This document shows positions 1 to 9,229 of a stretch of 40,409 nucleotides of DNA, in pieces. The notes under the pieces are model-generated. The model did no database searches and was not told the origin of the DNA. It saw only the letters and a list, made by a program, of their open reading frames with translations. How positions within the stretch are numbered: the stretch's first letter is position 1; each line of letters opens with the position of its first letter. This stretch comes from an uncultured Deinococcales bacterium (lineage in GTDB: Bacteria > Deinococcota > Deinococci > Deinococcales > JAAFIG01). A program made the translations under genes and the position numbers. Location: contig CAXTTL010000014.1 in the NCBI GenBank assembly GCA_964247135.1, positions 1 to 40,409 of the forward strand, read 5' to 3'.

Positions 1-378
1 TAAACCGTTGGTCATGCCGACGGCTCGAGAGGCGGTCGGTTGCCCAAGTTTGGCTGCCACCTCGCCGTAAGAACGGGTTTGACCCGTCGGGATTTCTCGC
101 AGTTCAAGCCAGACTTTTTGCTGGAATTCTGTGCCGCCAGTGGAAACTGGAATGTCGTCCAGGGCGTCCAAATCGCCTGCAAAATACGCCTCGAGTTTTG
201 CACTGTAACCGAACGGATTTTTGGTATTCTCGAGTTGATAACTTCCAAATCGTTTCTCGAGGAGTTGCTTCATGCGGTGTTCATTGCCTTCAAAATCGAC
301 AAAGCATAAGTTTTGATTCTCGACCACCAAGATGACTTGCCCAATCGGGGTTTGGATCGTGTCAAACAAGAGTTTCAT
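1..378 (-). CDS. ogt: Methylated-DNA--protein-cysteine methyltransferase (partial, runs off the window start)
   Basis: Not in the ORF track. Manual translation from ATG at 378 (ATGA overlap with the adaA stop) gives MKLLFDTIQTPIGQVILVV...GTEFQQKVWLELREIPTGQTRSYGEVAAKLGQPTASRAVGMTNGL, carrying the classic Ogt GTxFQ/IPxG/SYGE/SRAVG motifs. Confidence 0.92.
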   Translation of the reverse strand, partial: MKLLFDTIQTPIGQVILVVENQNLCFVDFEGNEHRMKQLLEKRFGSYQLENTKNPFGYSAKLEAYFAGDLDALDDIPVSTGGTEFQQKVWLELREIPTGQTRSYGEVAAKLGQPTASRAVGMTNGL

Positions 379-953
379 GCTGCCCTCAATTCTGCACTGA
401 CTCGCGCCCGACGGTACTCGAGTGGTGATGTTCCCATAAAACGTTTGAAATTGGCGTTAAACGTGCTTAAAGATTGAAATCCAACCTCGAGCGCAATTTC
501 GCTGATGCTCGCGCCTTGATTGTCCAGGCGTTTGCAAGCATTTTGCACCCGAATGCGGTTGAGCATTTCGAGCGGGGTGATGCCACGGTGCGTTTTGAAG
601 AGTTTGTACAACCTCGAGACGCTGACGTTCGCGGCGTTTGCCATGTCGGTCACGTCCTCGAACATGTTGGGGTCATTGATTGCGTTTTGGGTTAAAGCCT
701 TCACGATGCGCTCTTCAATCTCGAGATTTGAAATTCCGTCGGGACGGCAGAGTTTGCAGGCTCTAAAACCAGCGTGTTTTGCCTCGAGTGGCGTGTTGAA
801 AAATTGCACGTTTTCGGCTTTGGGTTTGCGCGGTGGGCGGCACGATGGACGGCAGTAAATGCCCGTGGTTTTGACCGCCACCGTGAACAGATCGTCCAAA
901 CTCGAGTCACCCGAAAACATGGTTTGCAGCATTTGTATGCGGGAGAAGATCAT
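375..953 (-). CDS. adaA: Ada metal-binding domain + AraC HTH (methylphosphotriester alkyltransferase/activator, AdaA-like)
   Basis: AVKTTGIYCRPSC...GFRACKLCRP four-Cys Ada Zn site; C-terminal AraC motif SISEIALEVGFQSLSTFNANFKRFMGTSPLEYR; translationally coupled to ogt. Confidence 0.9.
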   Translation of the reverse strand: MIFSRIQMLQTMFSGDSSLDDLFTVAVKTTGIYCRPSCRPPRKPKAENVQFFNTPLEAKHAGFRACKLCRPDGISNLEIEERIVKALTQNAINDPNMFEDVTDMANAANVSVSRLYKLFKTHRGITPLEMLNRIRVQNACKRLDNQGASISEIALEVGFQSLSTFNANFKRFMGTSPLEYRRARVSAELRAA

Positions 954-1014
954 GGCTGTATTTTGAAGCTTTTTGCCTGGGAATGCTACCTGAATTTTGT
1001 TTGCTTATTCGGGT

Positions 1015-2109
1015 TTATTTCAGTCGCAACTCGAGCCAGTCTGCCACGTCCTGAATCGGTTGCGCGTCCATCGGGCGGAAGCGGTCATCGATCAGGCTGC
1101 GGGCTTCACCGAGCGAATGTCCAAGGTTTGGGTACAACTTGAGTGTATGAGCATTTTTCAAAGCCTTGTCCAAAGCCCGAGCACCGTCGGCGCTGGTGTT
1201 CGCATCGTTCTCGCCTTGCAATATCAGGGTTGGCGTCTCGAGTTTTGGGGCGAGTTGAATCAGTCCTGGCAGCGCAATTTCGCTGGCGTAAATGCCCAGA
1301 AAACTGTTGGGGTCATCACGAAACAATTCGTTAATAACGGGTTTGGCTTCGAGTTCGAGGTCAATGAAGCCATCATTATTTTTGTCCATAAAGCGATTGA
1401 GTTTGGGTTTGGCAACGGTCGATGTTTGATCGAGCAAATAATAGGCTTGTGATACCGCCACCAATCCACCGCCACCAAGCAGTGCCTTGACCACGCCTTG
1501 AATGTCGATCAAGCCATTTTTGGCAAATTGGGACAGGTACGGAATACCGACGCGTGGAAATTGTTGCTGGAAGGTTTGAGCATACGAATACGTCACCGTA
1601 CCCTGAACCATCAAGCCTTTGATGCTGGGATTCTCGAGCGCGAGTTGTGCGGCAATCGGTGAGCCTTCGCTCCAACCGTAAACAAAAATTTTGTTTGGGT
1701 CAATCAGTGCATTGCTTTGCAGGGCGTGCAATGCCACCCGAGCGTCCTCGAGAAAATCTTGAAGTTTCAAACCGTAATAGCGTGTCGCATCGAATTGCCC
1801 GGCGCCTGTTACATAGCGTTTGTTGTAGCGCAGAACCGCAAATCCACGTTGGCTCAAACCGTCAGAGAGTTGTTTGAAAATGCTCGAGACGCTTGCGCCT
1901 TGCCATTGCACGCTGGCGTTCATGTCCATCGGGGTTGAGCCGTGAATCAGGAGTACCCCAGGCAACGGAGCTTTTGGATTGCTGGGATAGGTCAGTTGGG
2001 CTTTGGACTGGAAATCTCCGAGTTGCAAGGTCAAATCTTGACTCGAGGCGCTTTGGGCGGCGGCAAAACTTTGAACAAAAATCAGGATGGCGAGCAGAAA
2101 TCGTTTCAT
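1015..2109 (-). CDS. Secreted alpha/beta-fold hydrolase
   Basis: Signal peptide MKRFLLAILIFVQSFAAA; HGS oxyanion motif, GWSEG nucleophile elbow, QGEND and LGH triad residues. Confidence 0.8.
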   Translation of the reverse strand: MKRFLLAILIFVQSFAAAQSASSQDLTLQLGDFQSKAQLTYPSNPKAPLPGVLLIHGSTPMDMNASVQWQGASVSSIFKQLSDGLSQRGFAVLRYNKRYVTGAGQFDATRYYGLKLQDFLEDARVALHALQSNALIDPNKIFVYGWSEGSPIAAQLALENPSIKGLMVQGTVTYSYAQTFQQQFPRVGIPYLSQFAKNGLIDIQGVVKALLGGGGLVAVSQAYYLLDQTSTVAKPKLNRFMDKNNDGFIDLELEAKPVINELFRDDPNSFLGIYASEIALPGLIQLAPKLETPTLILQGENDANTSADGARALDKALKNAHTLKLYPNLGHSLGEARSLIDDRFRPMDAQPIQDVADWLELRLK

Positions 2110-2139
2110 GCTGGTAGTTTGCGCTAGACTCTACTTCCA

Positions 2140-2793
2140 ATGATAGCCACTTCTGGAAGCAGCATCGTCAGCAGGCTCGAGAACTTTGAGGCGTGTACCG
2201 TTTTGGCAGACCGTGAGCAATTGCGTTTGCTTGGCGCGTTTCTGGGGCGTGAAAACACGATCTCGAGCGCGGCACAAGAACTCGAGGTAAACCCGACCAA
2301 GCTTTACAAGCAGGTGCAACGTTTCCTGGCACTGGGTTTGGTCAACATCAGTTGGCTCGAGAAGCGCGCTGGGCGTGCCATCAAACATTACCGCTCGAGC
2401 AGTGACAGGTTTTTCATTCCATTTCGCACTTACCCGCCAGAACGGATCGGGCAGCAAAATCGGGAATACCACACGCACTTGTTTGCGCTGGGACTCGAGC
2501 GGGTGTACCGTCAGGAACGGTTTACCGAACAAGATTGGGGGGCGATCACGGCGCGGATGCCTGGAGGCGGCGTGTATTTGTCGATTGCCAATCGCTTTGG
2601 GCAGCAATGGAATTATCTGGACGCGGACACGCCTGCGGTGGTGTCGGGCTGGAACAGAATCATGCTCGATTTTGAGGACGCCAAGGCTTTGCAACGCGAA
2701 ATGTCGGAATTACTGACCAGATATTTAAAAAAAGCTGGCAACCACGGGTATTTGCTGGGTTTGTTTTTAACCGACATTGAGGATTGCGAATGA
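2140..2793 (+). CDS. Winged-helix (ArsR-like) transcriptional regulator
   Basis: N-terminal HTH (TISSAAQELEVNPTKLYKQVQRFLALGLV...GRAIKHYR); divergent from the hydrolase with a 30-bp gap. Confidence 0.7.
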   Translation: MIATSGSSIVSRLENFEACTVLADREQLRLLGAFLGRENTISSAAQELEVNPTKLYKQVQRFLALGLVNISWLEKRAGRAIKHYRSSSDRFFIPFRTYPPERIGQQNREYHTHLFALGLERVYRQERFTEQDWGAITARMPGGGVYLSIANRFGQQWNYLDADTPAVVSGWNRIMLDFEDAKALQREMSELLTRYLKKAGNHGYLLGLFLTDIEDCE

Positions 2794-2806
2794 ACCACGC
2801 CTCGGG

Positions 2807-2835
2807 TTGACAATTAATGACTTTTCAGTTATTAT
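2807..2835 (+). promoter_or_regulatory. Sigma70-type promoter of tetR (leaderless), overlapped by a putative operator
   Basis: TTGACA (2807-2812), 17 bp, TATTAT (2830-2835), then 6 nt to the GTG start at 2842. Imperfect palindrome AATGACT-TTTC-AGTTATT lies in the spacer. Confidence 0.75.
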
Positions 2836-2841
2836 TTTTTT

Positions 2842-3441
2842 GTGGCAAGAACCACCACCATCACCAACGAGCAAATCCTGAGCGCCGCCCGCGAAATCTT
2901 TCTCGAGCAGGGTGTGGCGGCGACGGCTGTCGATGTCGCCGCCCGAGCGGGCATCTCGAGCGGCAGCATTTTTAAGCGTTACCCAACCAAAGAGGCGCTA
3001 TTTTTTGCCGCTATGTTGGAGCCGCCCAAACCGATCTGGAATGCCGACCTCGAGGCAAGACTTGGACACAGCGACACTCGAGCGGATTTATTGTTGATTG
3101 CCGAGCGAATTGTGGCGTTCACCAAAGAGGTTCTGCCCCGTTTGATGCTGGTCCGTTCGATGGGGCAAACGCCAGAACTGCCCACACCGCCACGCATCGA
3201 AAACGATTTTGTTCAAATCGTGGCATACTTTGGGCGCGAGATGGCGCTGGGACGGATTGCTCGAGGTGATCCAACTGTTCCAGCACTGACTTTATTGCAC
3301 ACCTGCACCGGTTTTGCCATGAGTTTGGGACTCGAGTCGGCAGCAAAGTTGTTCAGTGCAAATACTTTTCTTGAAGATTTTATTGCGGTGTTGTGGCGTG
3401 GGCTTGATCCGAAAACGAAATCGAGCAGAACGGAGGTCTAA
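2842..3441 (+). CDS. TetR/AcrR family transcriptional regulator
   Basis: ILSAAREIFLEQG..TAVDVAARAGISSGSIFKRYPTKEALF TetR HTH. Confidence 0.92.
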   Translation: MARTTTITNEQILSAAREIFLEQGVAATAVDVAARAGISSGSIFKRYPTKEALFFAAMLEPPKPIWNADLEARLGHSDTRADLLLIAERIVAFTKEVLPRLMLVRSMGQTPELPTPPRIENDFVQIVAYFGREMALGRIARGDPTVPALTLLHTCTGFAMSLGLESAAKLFSANTFLEDFIAVLWRGLDPKTKSSRTEV

Positions 3442-3541
3442 TTTTTTTTGGTAAATTAATAACTGATTGGTTAATTTTAAATGTCAGCACATTCCAAACA
3501 TTTTGAACACGACTGAAACCGCCCAATTTAAAAGGAGCACC

Positions 3542-4762
3542 ATGACCCAAAACATCACCCTCGAGCCTGTAGACGTGGCATCGCCCGCGTTTAAAGCCAA
3601 TCCTTTTCCAAGCTACAAACGCTGGCGCGAAACCAGACCCGTTGTGCCATTCAAAGCCATGTTCGGTCAACGCGCCTGGTTGATTACCCGTTACGATGAT
3701 GTGGGTGACGCCTTAAAAGACGAGCGCTTGGTCAAAAACAAACGCAACGCCCAAGACCCCAACAAACCATCTCGAGACATTCCGCTGCCAGGATTTGTCA
3801 AAATATTGCAAACCAACATGCTGGATACCGACATTCCAGACCACACGCGCCTTCGCGCTTTGGTGCATCAGGCGTTCATGCCAAGGTTGATCGCGCAGAT
3901 GCAAACTCGAGTTGAGGCGCTGGCACACAAACTGATTGACCAGGCGCAAGCAAGCGGGGAAATGGATTTGATGACCGATTATGCCCTGCAAATTCCGTTG
4001 ATCGTGATTGCCGACATGTTTGGCGTTAAAGACCGTGACCGCAACAATTTTCGCAAATGGTCACATGCGCTTTTAAGCATCAACTCCCCGATGGACGGCA
4101 TTCGGGCATTGCCAAGCACCTATTTGCTGGTCAATTACTTGCGACGACTGTTCCAAGATCACCGCATCCATCCAGAGGACGACCTCAGCAGCGCCTTGCT
4201 TCAAGCCCAGACCGAAGGTTCGAGCCTGTCTGACGATGAATTGATTGGCATGGCGGGATTGCTGCTCTCAGCGGGACACGAAACCACTACGGGTTTGATC
4301 GGCAATGGGATGCTCGCGTTGCTCGAGCATCCAGATCAACTGCTGCGGCTTAAAACCGAACCGAACCTGATGAAAAGCGCCGTTGAAGAACTTGTGCGTT
4401 TCACGCCTCCTGTGTTGATTGCAACGCCACGTTTCGCCCGTGAAGACCTCGAGATTGCGGGACAGTTGATTCCCAGGGGTGAAATGGTGTACGCGGGTTT
4501 GGGGTCGGCAAACCATGACGAAAGCCAGTTCGAGAATCCAGAACGTTTACTGCTTGACCGTGCCGACAACAAACACCTCGGTTTTGGCATGGGTTTGCAC
4601 TACTGCGTCGGTGCGCCGCTGGCTCGGCTCGAGGCGAGCATTGCGTTTCGGGTCTTGTTTGAACGATTGCCAAATTTGCGGCTTGCCGTTCAGCCTAAAA
4701 CCCTGCGTTGGAATACCGGAATGGTGACACGCAACCTGAAGTCACTGCCCATGAAGTTCTGA
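3542..4762 (+). CDS. Cytochrome P450 (CYP107-like)
   Basis: AGHETT I-helix, EELVR ExxR motif, HLGFGMGLHYCVG heme Cys. Start moved to ATG 3542 behind RBS AAGGAG. Confidence 0.95.
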   Translation: MTQNITLEPVDVASPAFKANPFPSYKRWRETRPVVPFKAMFGQRAWLITRYDDVGDALKDERLVKNKRNAQDPNKPSRDIPLPGFVKILQTNMLDTDIPDHTRLRALVHQAFMPRLIAQMQTRVEALAHKLIDQAQASGEMDLMTDYALQIPLIVIADMFGVKDRDRNNFRKWSHALLSINSPMDGIRALPSTYLLVNYLRRLFQDHRIHPEDDLSSALLQAQTEGSSLSDDELIGMAGLLLSAGHETTTGLIGNGMLALLEHPDQLLRLKTEPNLMKSAVEELVRFTPPVLIATPRFAREDLEIAGQLIPRGEMVYAGLGSANHDESQFENPERLLLDRADNKHLGFGMGLHYCVGAPLARLEASIAFRVLFERLPNLRLAVQPKTLRWNTGMVTRNLKSLPMKF

Positions 4763-5053
4763 CCGAGTCTCGAGCGCCAGCACCTCGGTTTTGATTTGGT
4801 TTCTTCATTGGGCTTGTAAGACTTGATACAGTAAAAGTCGGAGGATTCGAACTATAATTCTAGATGTGGTAGGTCGATGTGAAAAATACACATCATTTGG
4901 CATGACGGTCTGCTAGAATTTTCTCAACTCGAAAGAGTCTCGAGCATCAGAATCAAAGTTTAAAAAAGTATAGCGATATCTGAACGCAGTCTAAAAACCG
5001 TAATTTGCCAGAATCTTGACAAATGATTCTGTATAAGGCGTAAGATAGGATTT

Positions 5054-5284
5054 ATGTTAAACACAGAAAACATCTTCCAACCTACGCGGAAACCCGCTTT
5101 TGTGATCTCACAAACCAAGCCGCGCCCAATCCGTGTTGAACAACCAAAAACAGACATCATCAAAAACACCCTGCAAAAACTTCGTGCGGCGGGCAGCTTG
5201 CGCTCCTGGTTGATTCTGGCGCTGCTGACGCAAGTGATTGTTCTGGCGGTCCGCAACTACGCGATTTACGGCTTTGACAGATAA
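5054..5284 (+). CDS. Small hypothetical membrane protein
   Basis: 76-aa ORF with one C-terminal hydrophobic helix (WLILALLTQVIVLAV), followed by a terminator. Confidence 0.55.
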   Translation: MLNTENIFQPTRKPAFVISQTKPRPIRVEQPKTDIIKNTLQKLRAAGSLRSWLILALLTQVIVLAVRNYAIYGFDR

Positions 5285-5309
5285 GCTCGAGACACCAAAA
5301 ATACTTTCG

Positions 5310-5333
5310 CCCCGCCATCAGTGCGGGGTTTTT
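5310..5333 (+). terminator. Intrinsic terminator
   Basis: CCCCGC-catcagt-GCGGGG followed by TTTTT. Confidence 0.7.
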
Positions 5334-5389
5334 CATACCTCCACCATGTTGCCAAACCATGCGGTGCCAAAACAACGTAAACTCGAGAC

Positions 5390-6397
5390 ATGCGAATTGT
5401 AGACATGCGTTCAGACACCGTCACCAAACCCACCCCAGAGATGCTCGAATTCATGCTGCACGCGCAGGTTGGCGATGATGTTTACGGCGAAGACCCCACC
5501 GTAAACGCCCTGCAACTCGAGGCGGCGGAACTTTTGGGGTTTGAGGCAGGGCTGTTCACGCCCTCCGGCACGATGGCAAACCAAATGGCAATCGCGGCGC
5601 ACACCAGCAGGGGTCAAGAAGTCATCTGCCCGCAAGACGCCCATATTTACGAATACGAACTGGGCATGATGGCAACTTTCTCGAGCGTTGTGCCCAGGTT
5701 TGTTCCCGCGCCCTTGGGCGTTCCAGACCCAGAAATAGTTTGCAAAGCTGTCAGACACAGCATTCACCAAAGTCCAACGGGTTTGATCGCCCTCGAGAAC
5801 ACGCACAACAAAGCGGGTGGCACGGTCGTCAACCTCGAGACGATCAAAGCCATTCGTGCCGTGGCAGATGCGGAAGGTTTGCCATTTCACCTCGACGGCG
5901 CTCGAGCCTTCAATGCCGCCACCGCGCTGGGCGTTCACATCCGCGAAATCGCCCAATATTTTGACAGCGTCAGCATTTGCCTTTCCAAAGGACTCGGCGC
6001 ACCCGTCGGCAGCGTGTTGCTGGGCAAAAAAGACTTTTTAAAAACTGCCCACCGCTACCGCAAAATGATGGGCGGTGGAATGCGTCAAGCAGGAATCCTG
6101 GCGGCAGGCGGTTTGTACGCGCTGCGTCACGGACCCTCACGACTGGAACATGACCACGCTCGAGCCAAAACGTTAGCCACAGGCTTAAAAAATGCTGGCT
6201 TTGACATCAACCTCGAGACAGTCCAAACCAACATGGTTTTTATTACCGTGCCTGATGCCGCAACAACCGTGCAGGAATGGACAGACAAAGGCGTTTGGTG
6301 CGGACAGATGGACGTGGACAAAGTGCGCCTCGTGACGCATTTTCAACAGTCCGACGATGACATTCAGTACGTGCTCGAGCGGATTGGACAGGCTTGA
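5390..6397 (+). CDS. ltaE: Low-specificity L-threonine aldolase
   Basis: [53 protein letters not shown] (PLP lysine). Confidence 0.93.
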   Translation: MRIVDMRSDTVTKPTPEMLEFMLHAQVGDDVYGEDPTVNALQLEAAELLGFEAGLFTPSGTMANQMAIAAHTSRGQEVICPQDAHIYEYELGMMATFSSVVPRFVPAPLGVPDPEIVCKAVRHSIHQSPTGLIALENTHNKAGGTVVNLETIKAIRAVADAEGLPFHLDGARAFNAATALGVHIREIAQYFDSVSICLSKGLGAPVGSVLLGKKDFLKTAHRYRKMMGGGMRQAGILAAGGLYALRHGPSRLEHDHARAKTLATGLKNAGFDINLETVQTNMVFITVPDAATTVQEWTDKGVWCGQMDVDKVRLVTHFQQSDDDIQYVLERIGQA

Positions 6398-6454
6398 AGC
6401 TCGAGCCGTGTCTTTTCGGGCTGGAAATCCTGTGATACACTACGCTCCGCCTCT

Positions 6455-6529
6455 GGGAGCGTAGCTCAGCGGTAGAGCGTTGCACTTACACTGCAATGGT
6501 CGGCGGTTCGATCCCGTCCGCTCTCACCA
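6455..6529 (+). tRNA. tRNA-Val (TAC)
   Basis: GGGAGCG/CGCTCTC acceptor stem, TTGCA-CTTACAC-TGCAA anticodon arm, GTTCGAT T-loop, encoded CCA. Confidence 0.95.
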
Positions 6530-6541
6530 AAAGCAGTACCT

Positions 6542-6578
6542 AAGACGTGAGATACGCTCTCACGTCTTCCTTTGTTTT
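6542..6578 (+). terminator. Intrinsic terminator after tRNA-Val
   Basis: 11-bp stem AAGACGTGAGA/TCTCACGTCTT followed by a T-rich tail. Confidence 0.75.
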
Positions 6579-6588
6579 AGGCAATCCA

Positions 6589-6853
6589 TGAGGCAATTTC
6601 AAGAGTTTGTGGACACTCAGAACAGAGTTTGATGCCGCTCCTCGAACACTGCTGGTGCCAAGAAGCCAAGACTCGAATGCCGACGTTCACGGTTCTTGCT
6701 CGTAAGAAAGCATCTGACGGGCTACTCGCGCTTGTACCAAACTTCAATCCATTCAAATACCACCCCTCGAGTTTCAGCTATTGATCCAATCGGTTTATTT
6801 CAATCCAATTCGCATTTCATTGTTCCAAAAAGGCTTTCAGCCACAGCATTGTT
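6589..6853 (-). mobile_element. IS3-family transposase C-terminal remnant with right inverted repeat
   Basis: Minus strand reads NNAVAESLFGTMKCELD*NKPIGSIAETRGVVFEWIEVWY-[39 bp]-NRERRHSSLGFLAPAVFEERHQTLF*, matching the IS3 NAxAES / WYNxxRxHSSLG motifs. The end TGAGGCAATTTCAAGAGTTTGTGGACAC resembles an IS3 TG...GGACAC inverted repeat. Confidence 0.85.
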
Positions 6854-6870
6854 TTGACCATAAAACTCAC

Positions 6871-6981
6871 CTTTTTGATCCCAAGACGCACCTCACGGGC
6901 GGGATCGCTTTTTGATCCCAAGACGCACCTCACGGGCGGGATCGCTTCTTGGTTTCAAGATGCACCTCACGGGCGAAACCG
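6871..6981. repeat. 37-bp tandem repeat, 3 copies (2 identical, 1 diverged)
   Basis: CTTTTTGATCCCAAGACGCACCTCACGGGCGGGATCG at 6871 and 6908; CTTCTTGGTTTCAAGATGCACCTCACGGGCGAAACCG at 6945. Confidence 0.9.
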
Positions 6982-7098
6982 CTGTCGGGCATGATCGCTG
7001 TCCCAACAATTCTCCTTCCTGCTTATCCTTGAGATAACCCCGAACTTCTCGAGATTCCAAACTTGCCCCGCATCAACCCCTCCCCGTAGAATCCAACC

Positions 7099-8184
7099 GT
7101 GAACGAACACTCCCCCCTCGAGACTGAATTTATCGAACTGCTGCGCGGCGCGGTCAACATTGCCAGCCTGAGTACCCAGGAAGCCGATGTCTCGAGGTAC
7201 TTGGTGCGTTGGATGCACCGTCACGGGTTTCAATCCGAGATGGACGGCGCGGGCAGTGCGGTGGGCGCTCGAGGCACGGGCAAGCTCGAGATTGTGCTGC
7301 TCGGGCATATTGACACCGTGCCTGGCGAAATTCCGGTGCGCATCGAAGATGGCGTGCTCTGGGGTCGCGGCAGCGTGGACGCCAAAGGACCATTTTGTAC
7401 TTTTGTCGCTGCCGTCGCTAGCCTGCCAGACCATGTGCTCGAGAAAGCGCGGTTTATTTGCGTGGGTGCAGTCGAAGAGGAAGCCGCCTCGAGCAAGGGC
7501 GCACACCATGCCCTGGCGCGGTACACCCCTGCGTATTGCATCATCGGTGAGCCTTCGGGTTGGGACACGATCACGCTGGGCTATAAAGGGCGTTTGGTGG
7601 TCAAAGCCAAACTCGAGAAGGACAATTTTCACAGCGCGGGTGAAGGCAGCACTGCGAACGAGGACATGGTGCGACTTTGGAACGCGCTCGAGGTTTGGGG
7701 ACGTGAATTTAACGCCGACCACCGCGTGTTTGACAGCGTTCAAGTCAGTTTGCAAGCCATGCACTCCGAGAACGACGGGATGCGACAAAAGTGCGAAGCC
7801 ACCATTGGTTTGCGTCTGCCGCCACGCCTCAGCCCAGACGATGCGTTTGACCACCTCGAGCAAGTCAAACAAAAACTCGAGATGCCACACTTGCGCCTTG
7901 CCTACACTGGACGCGAAGAACCGCACCGTGGTCCAAAAGACACGGCTTTAACTCGAGCCTTCAGAATTGCGATTCGGGCGGCGGGAGTCCAACCGCAACT
8001 GACCCTGAAAACGGGTACAAGCGACATGAACGTGGTTGCGCCGCTTTGGGGTTGCCCGATTGTCGCTTATGGTCCTGGAGACAGCACGCTTGACCACACA
8101 CCAACCGAACGCCTCGAGATCAAAGAATACTTGGCTGCCGTAAAAGTTTTACGCGATGCGCTCGAGCGACTGGTGATGACTTAA
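7099..8184 (+). CDS. lysK: [LysW]-lysine/[LysW]-ornithine hydrolase (M20 family)
   Basis: [67 protein letters not shown], as in Thermus/Deinococcus LysK. Confidence 0.9.
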   Translation: MNEHSPLETEFIELLRGAVNIASLSTQEADVSRYLVRWMHRHGFQSEMDGAGSAVGARGTGKLEIVLLGHIDTVPGEIPVRIEDGVLWGRGSVDAKGPFCTFVAAVASLPDHVLEKARFICVGAVEEEAASSKGAHHALARYTPAYCIIGEPSGWDTITLGYKGRLVVKAKLEKDNFHSAGEGSTANEDMVRLWNALEVWGREFNADHRVFDSVQVSLQAMHSENDGMRQKCEATIGLRLPPRLSPDDAFDHLEQVKQKLEMPHLRLAYTGREEPHRGPKDTALTRAFRIAIRAAGVQPQLTLKTGTSDMNVVAPLWGCPIVAYGPGDSTLDHTPTERLEIKEYLAAVKVLRDALERLVMT

Positions 8185-8206
8185 AAACGTGTGCTAAAAT
8201 CGTGGC

Positions 8207-8485
8207 ATGAAAAGTGTGCTCGAGAAAGAAACAGCCACCCGAATCAATGTCACCATCCCACCACGGCTTGCACGGTTTTTAGACGAATACCAAACATGGC
8301 ACGGACTCGAGTCACGCAGTGCTGTGGTTGCACTCGCAATTCAGACCTTAAAAGATTTGGACATGGAACGCGGTTATGCCGAACAAGCCGAGTATCAACG
8401 CAAGCACCCCGAGACATTCATCGGATTGGATATAACCGATGGACTTGAACTCGAGGAGAGCAAAAAGTGGACCCGTTCGGCATGA
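8207..8485 (+). CDS. Ribbon-helix-helix antitoxin (MazE/CopG-like)
   Basis: RINVTIP...LDEY...SRSAVV RHH pattern; acidic C-terminus; ATGA overlap with the toxin. Confidence 0.75.
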   Translation: MKSVLEKETATRINVTIPPRLARFLDEYQTWHGLESRSAVVALAIQTLKDLDMERGYAEQAEYQRKHPETFIGLDITDGLELEESKKWTRSA

Positions 8486-8826
8486 AATTACTGCGCCGAG
8501 GCGACATTTATCTCGTGAATTTCAAACCTGATGGACGCGAAGGTGAAGCCGCACAAATTCATCCCGCCATTGTTGTGAGCAACAACCACGTGAACGCCCA
8601 AGCGGTATTGATTCAAGTGATGCCAGTCTCGAGCAATTTAGACCGCGTTTTTCGCAGCGATGTGCTTTTACCAAATCAACGTACAGGACTGGAATTTGAC
8701 AGTCGCGCTCAGGTTGAAATGACCAGGGAGGTTCATGTCAGCCGACTGATCAAATCGCTTGGATTCGTTCCCAACGATTTAATGCGAACCATAGATGACC
8801 GAATCCGCGATCATTTTAACGTCTAA
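8482..8826 (+). CDS. PemK/MazF-family endoribonuclease toxin
   Basis: RRGDIYLVNF.P..GE...HPAIVVSNN...GLEFDSRAQVE; start at ATG 8482. Confidence 0.88.
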   Translation: MKLLRRGDIYLVNFKPDGREGEAAQIHPAIVVSNNHVNAQAVLIQVMPVSSNLDRVFRSDVLLPNQRTGLEFDSRAQVEMTREVHVSRLIKSLGFVPNDLMRTIDDRIRDHFNV

Positions 8827-8850
8827 AACTCGAGAATCTTTACCCAATCT

Positions 8851-8901
8851 TTACTGTGTGACTTCATAATTCGCCAGACTCACGCCAACATCGAACGTCC
8901 A
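8851..8901 (-). pseudogene. Displaced duplicate of the spoIID-like gene 3' end
   Basis: Reads WTFD-VGVSLANYEVTQ*, versus WTFDQILGYYYVGVSLANYEVTQ* at the end of the intact gene (stop at 9230). All substitutions are synonymous, plus a 21-bp deletion. Confidence 0.85.
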
Positions 8902-9169
8902 AGTTGAAGGTAGATTTTTGTTTTGGAAACGCAATTATTCACTTTTTAATATTGCTAAAGTTGATTTTCAGAAAGGTTTAGGCGATTTTGGTTTCGCATA
9001 TAATCTTAAATTTATTTATAAAGACGAAAATATAACGGCTGAATATCTTCCTGCTGGTTTTTTTGGAAACCATTACGATTTAAATAATTTTGTGGTTAAC
9101 CAGATTATTAAACTTAATCCTGGAGTTCAAATAGACCCACAAATTTTAAAAAGATACAATATCAAGTAG
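8902..9169 (+). pseudogene. AT-rich, 5'-truncated foreign gene fragment
   Basis: Markedly AT-rich and without CTCGAG. The frame is open back into the displaced spoIID tail, with no ATG or RBS. Confidence 0.55.
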
Positions 9170-9229
9170 TAAATTGTTTACGATACACCAAGGTTATCAA
9201 AAAATATTATTCAATGTCTCGAGTTTTTA

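Noticed and set aside
4876-4894. Palindrome GATGTG-N7-CACATC as a CRP site
   Set aside because: Spacing does not fit TGTGA-N6-TCACA, and a 6-bp arm is weak evidence on its own.
6871-6981. CRISPR array (37-bp unit; the third copy has a TTGAAAC-like end on the minus strand)
   Set aside because: Units are directly adjacent with no spacers, the GAAAC end is missing in two copies, and there are no cas genes in the window.
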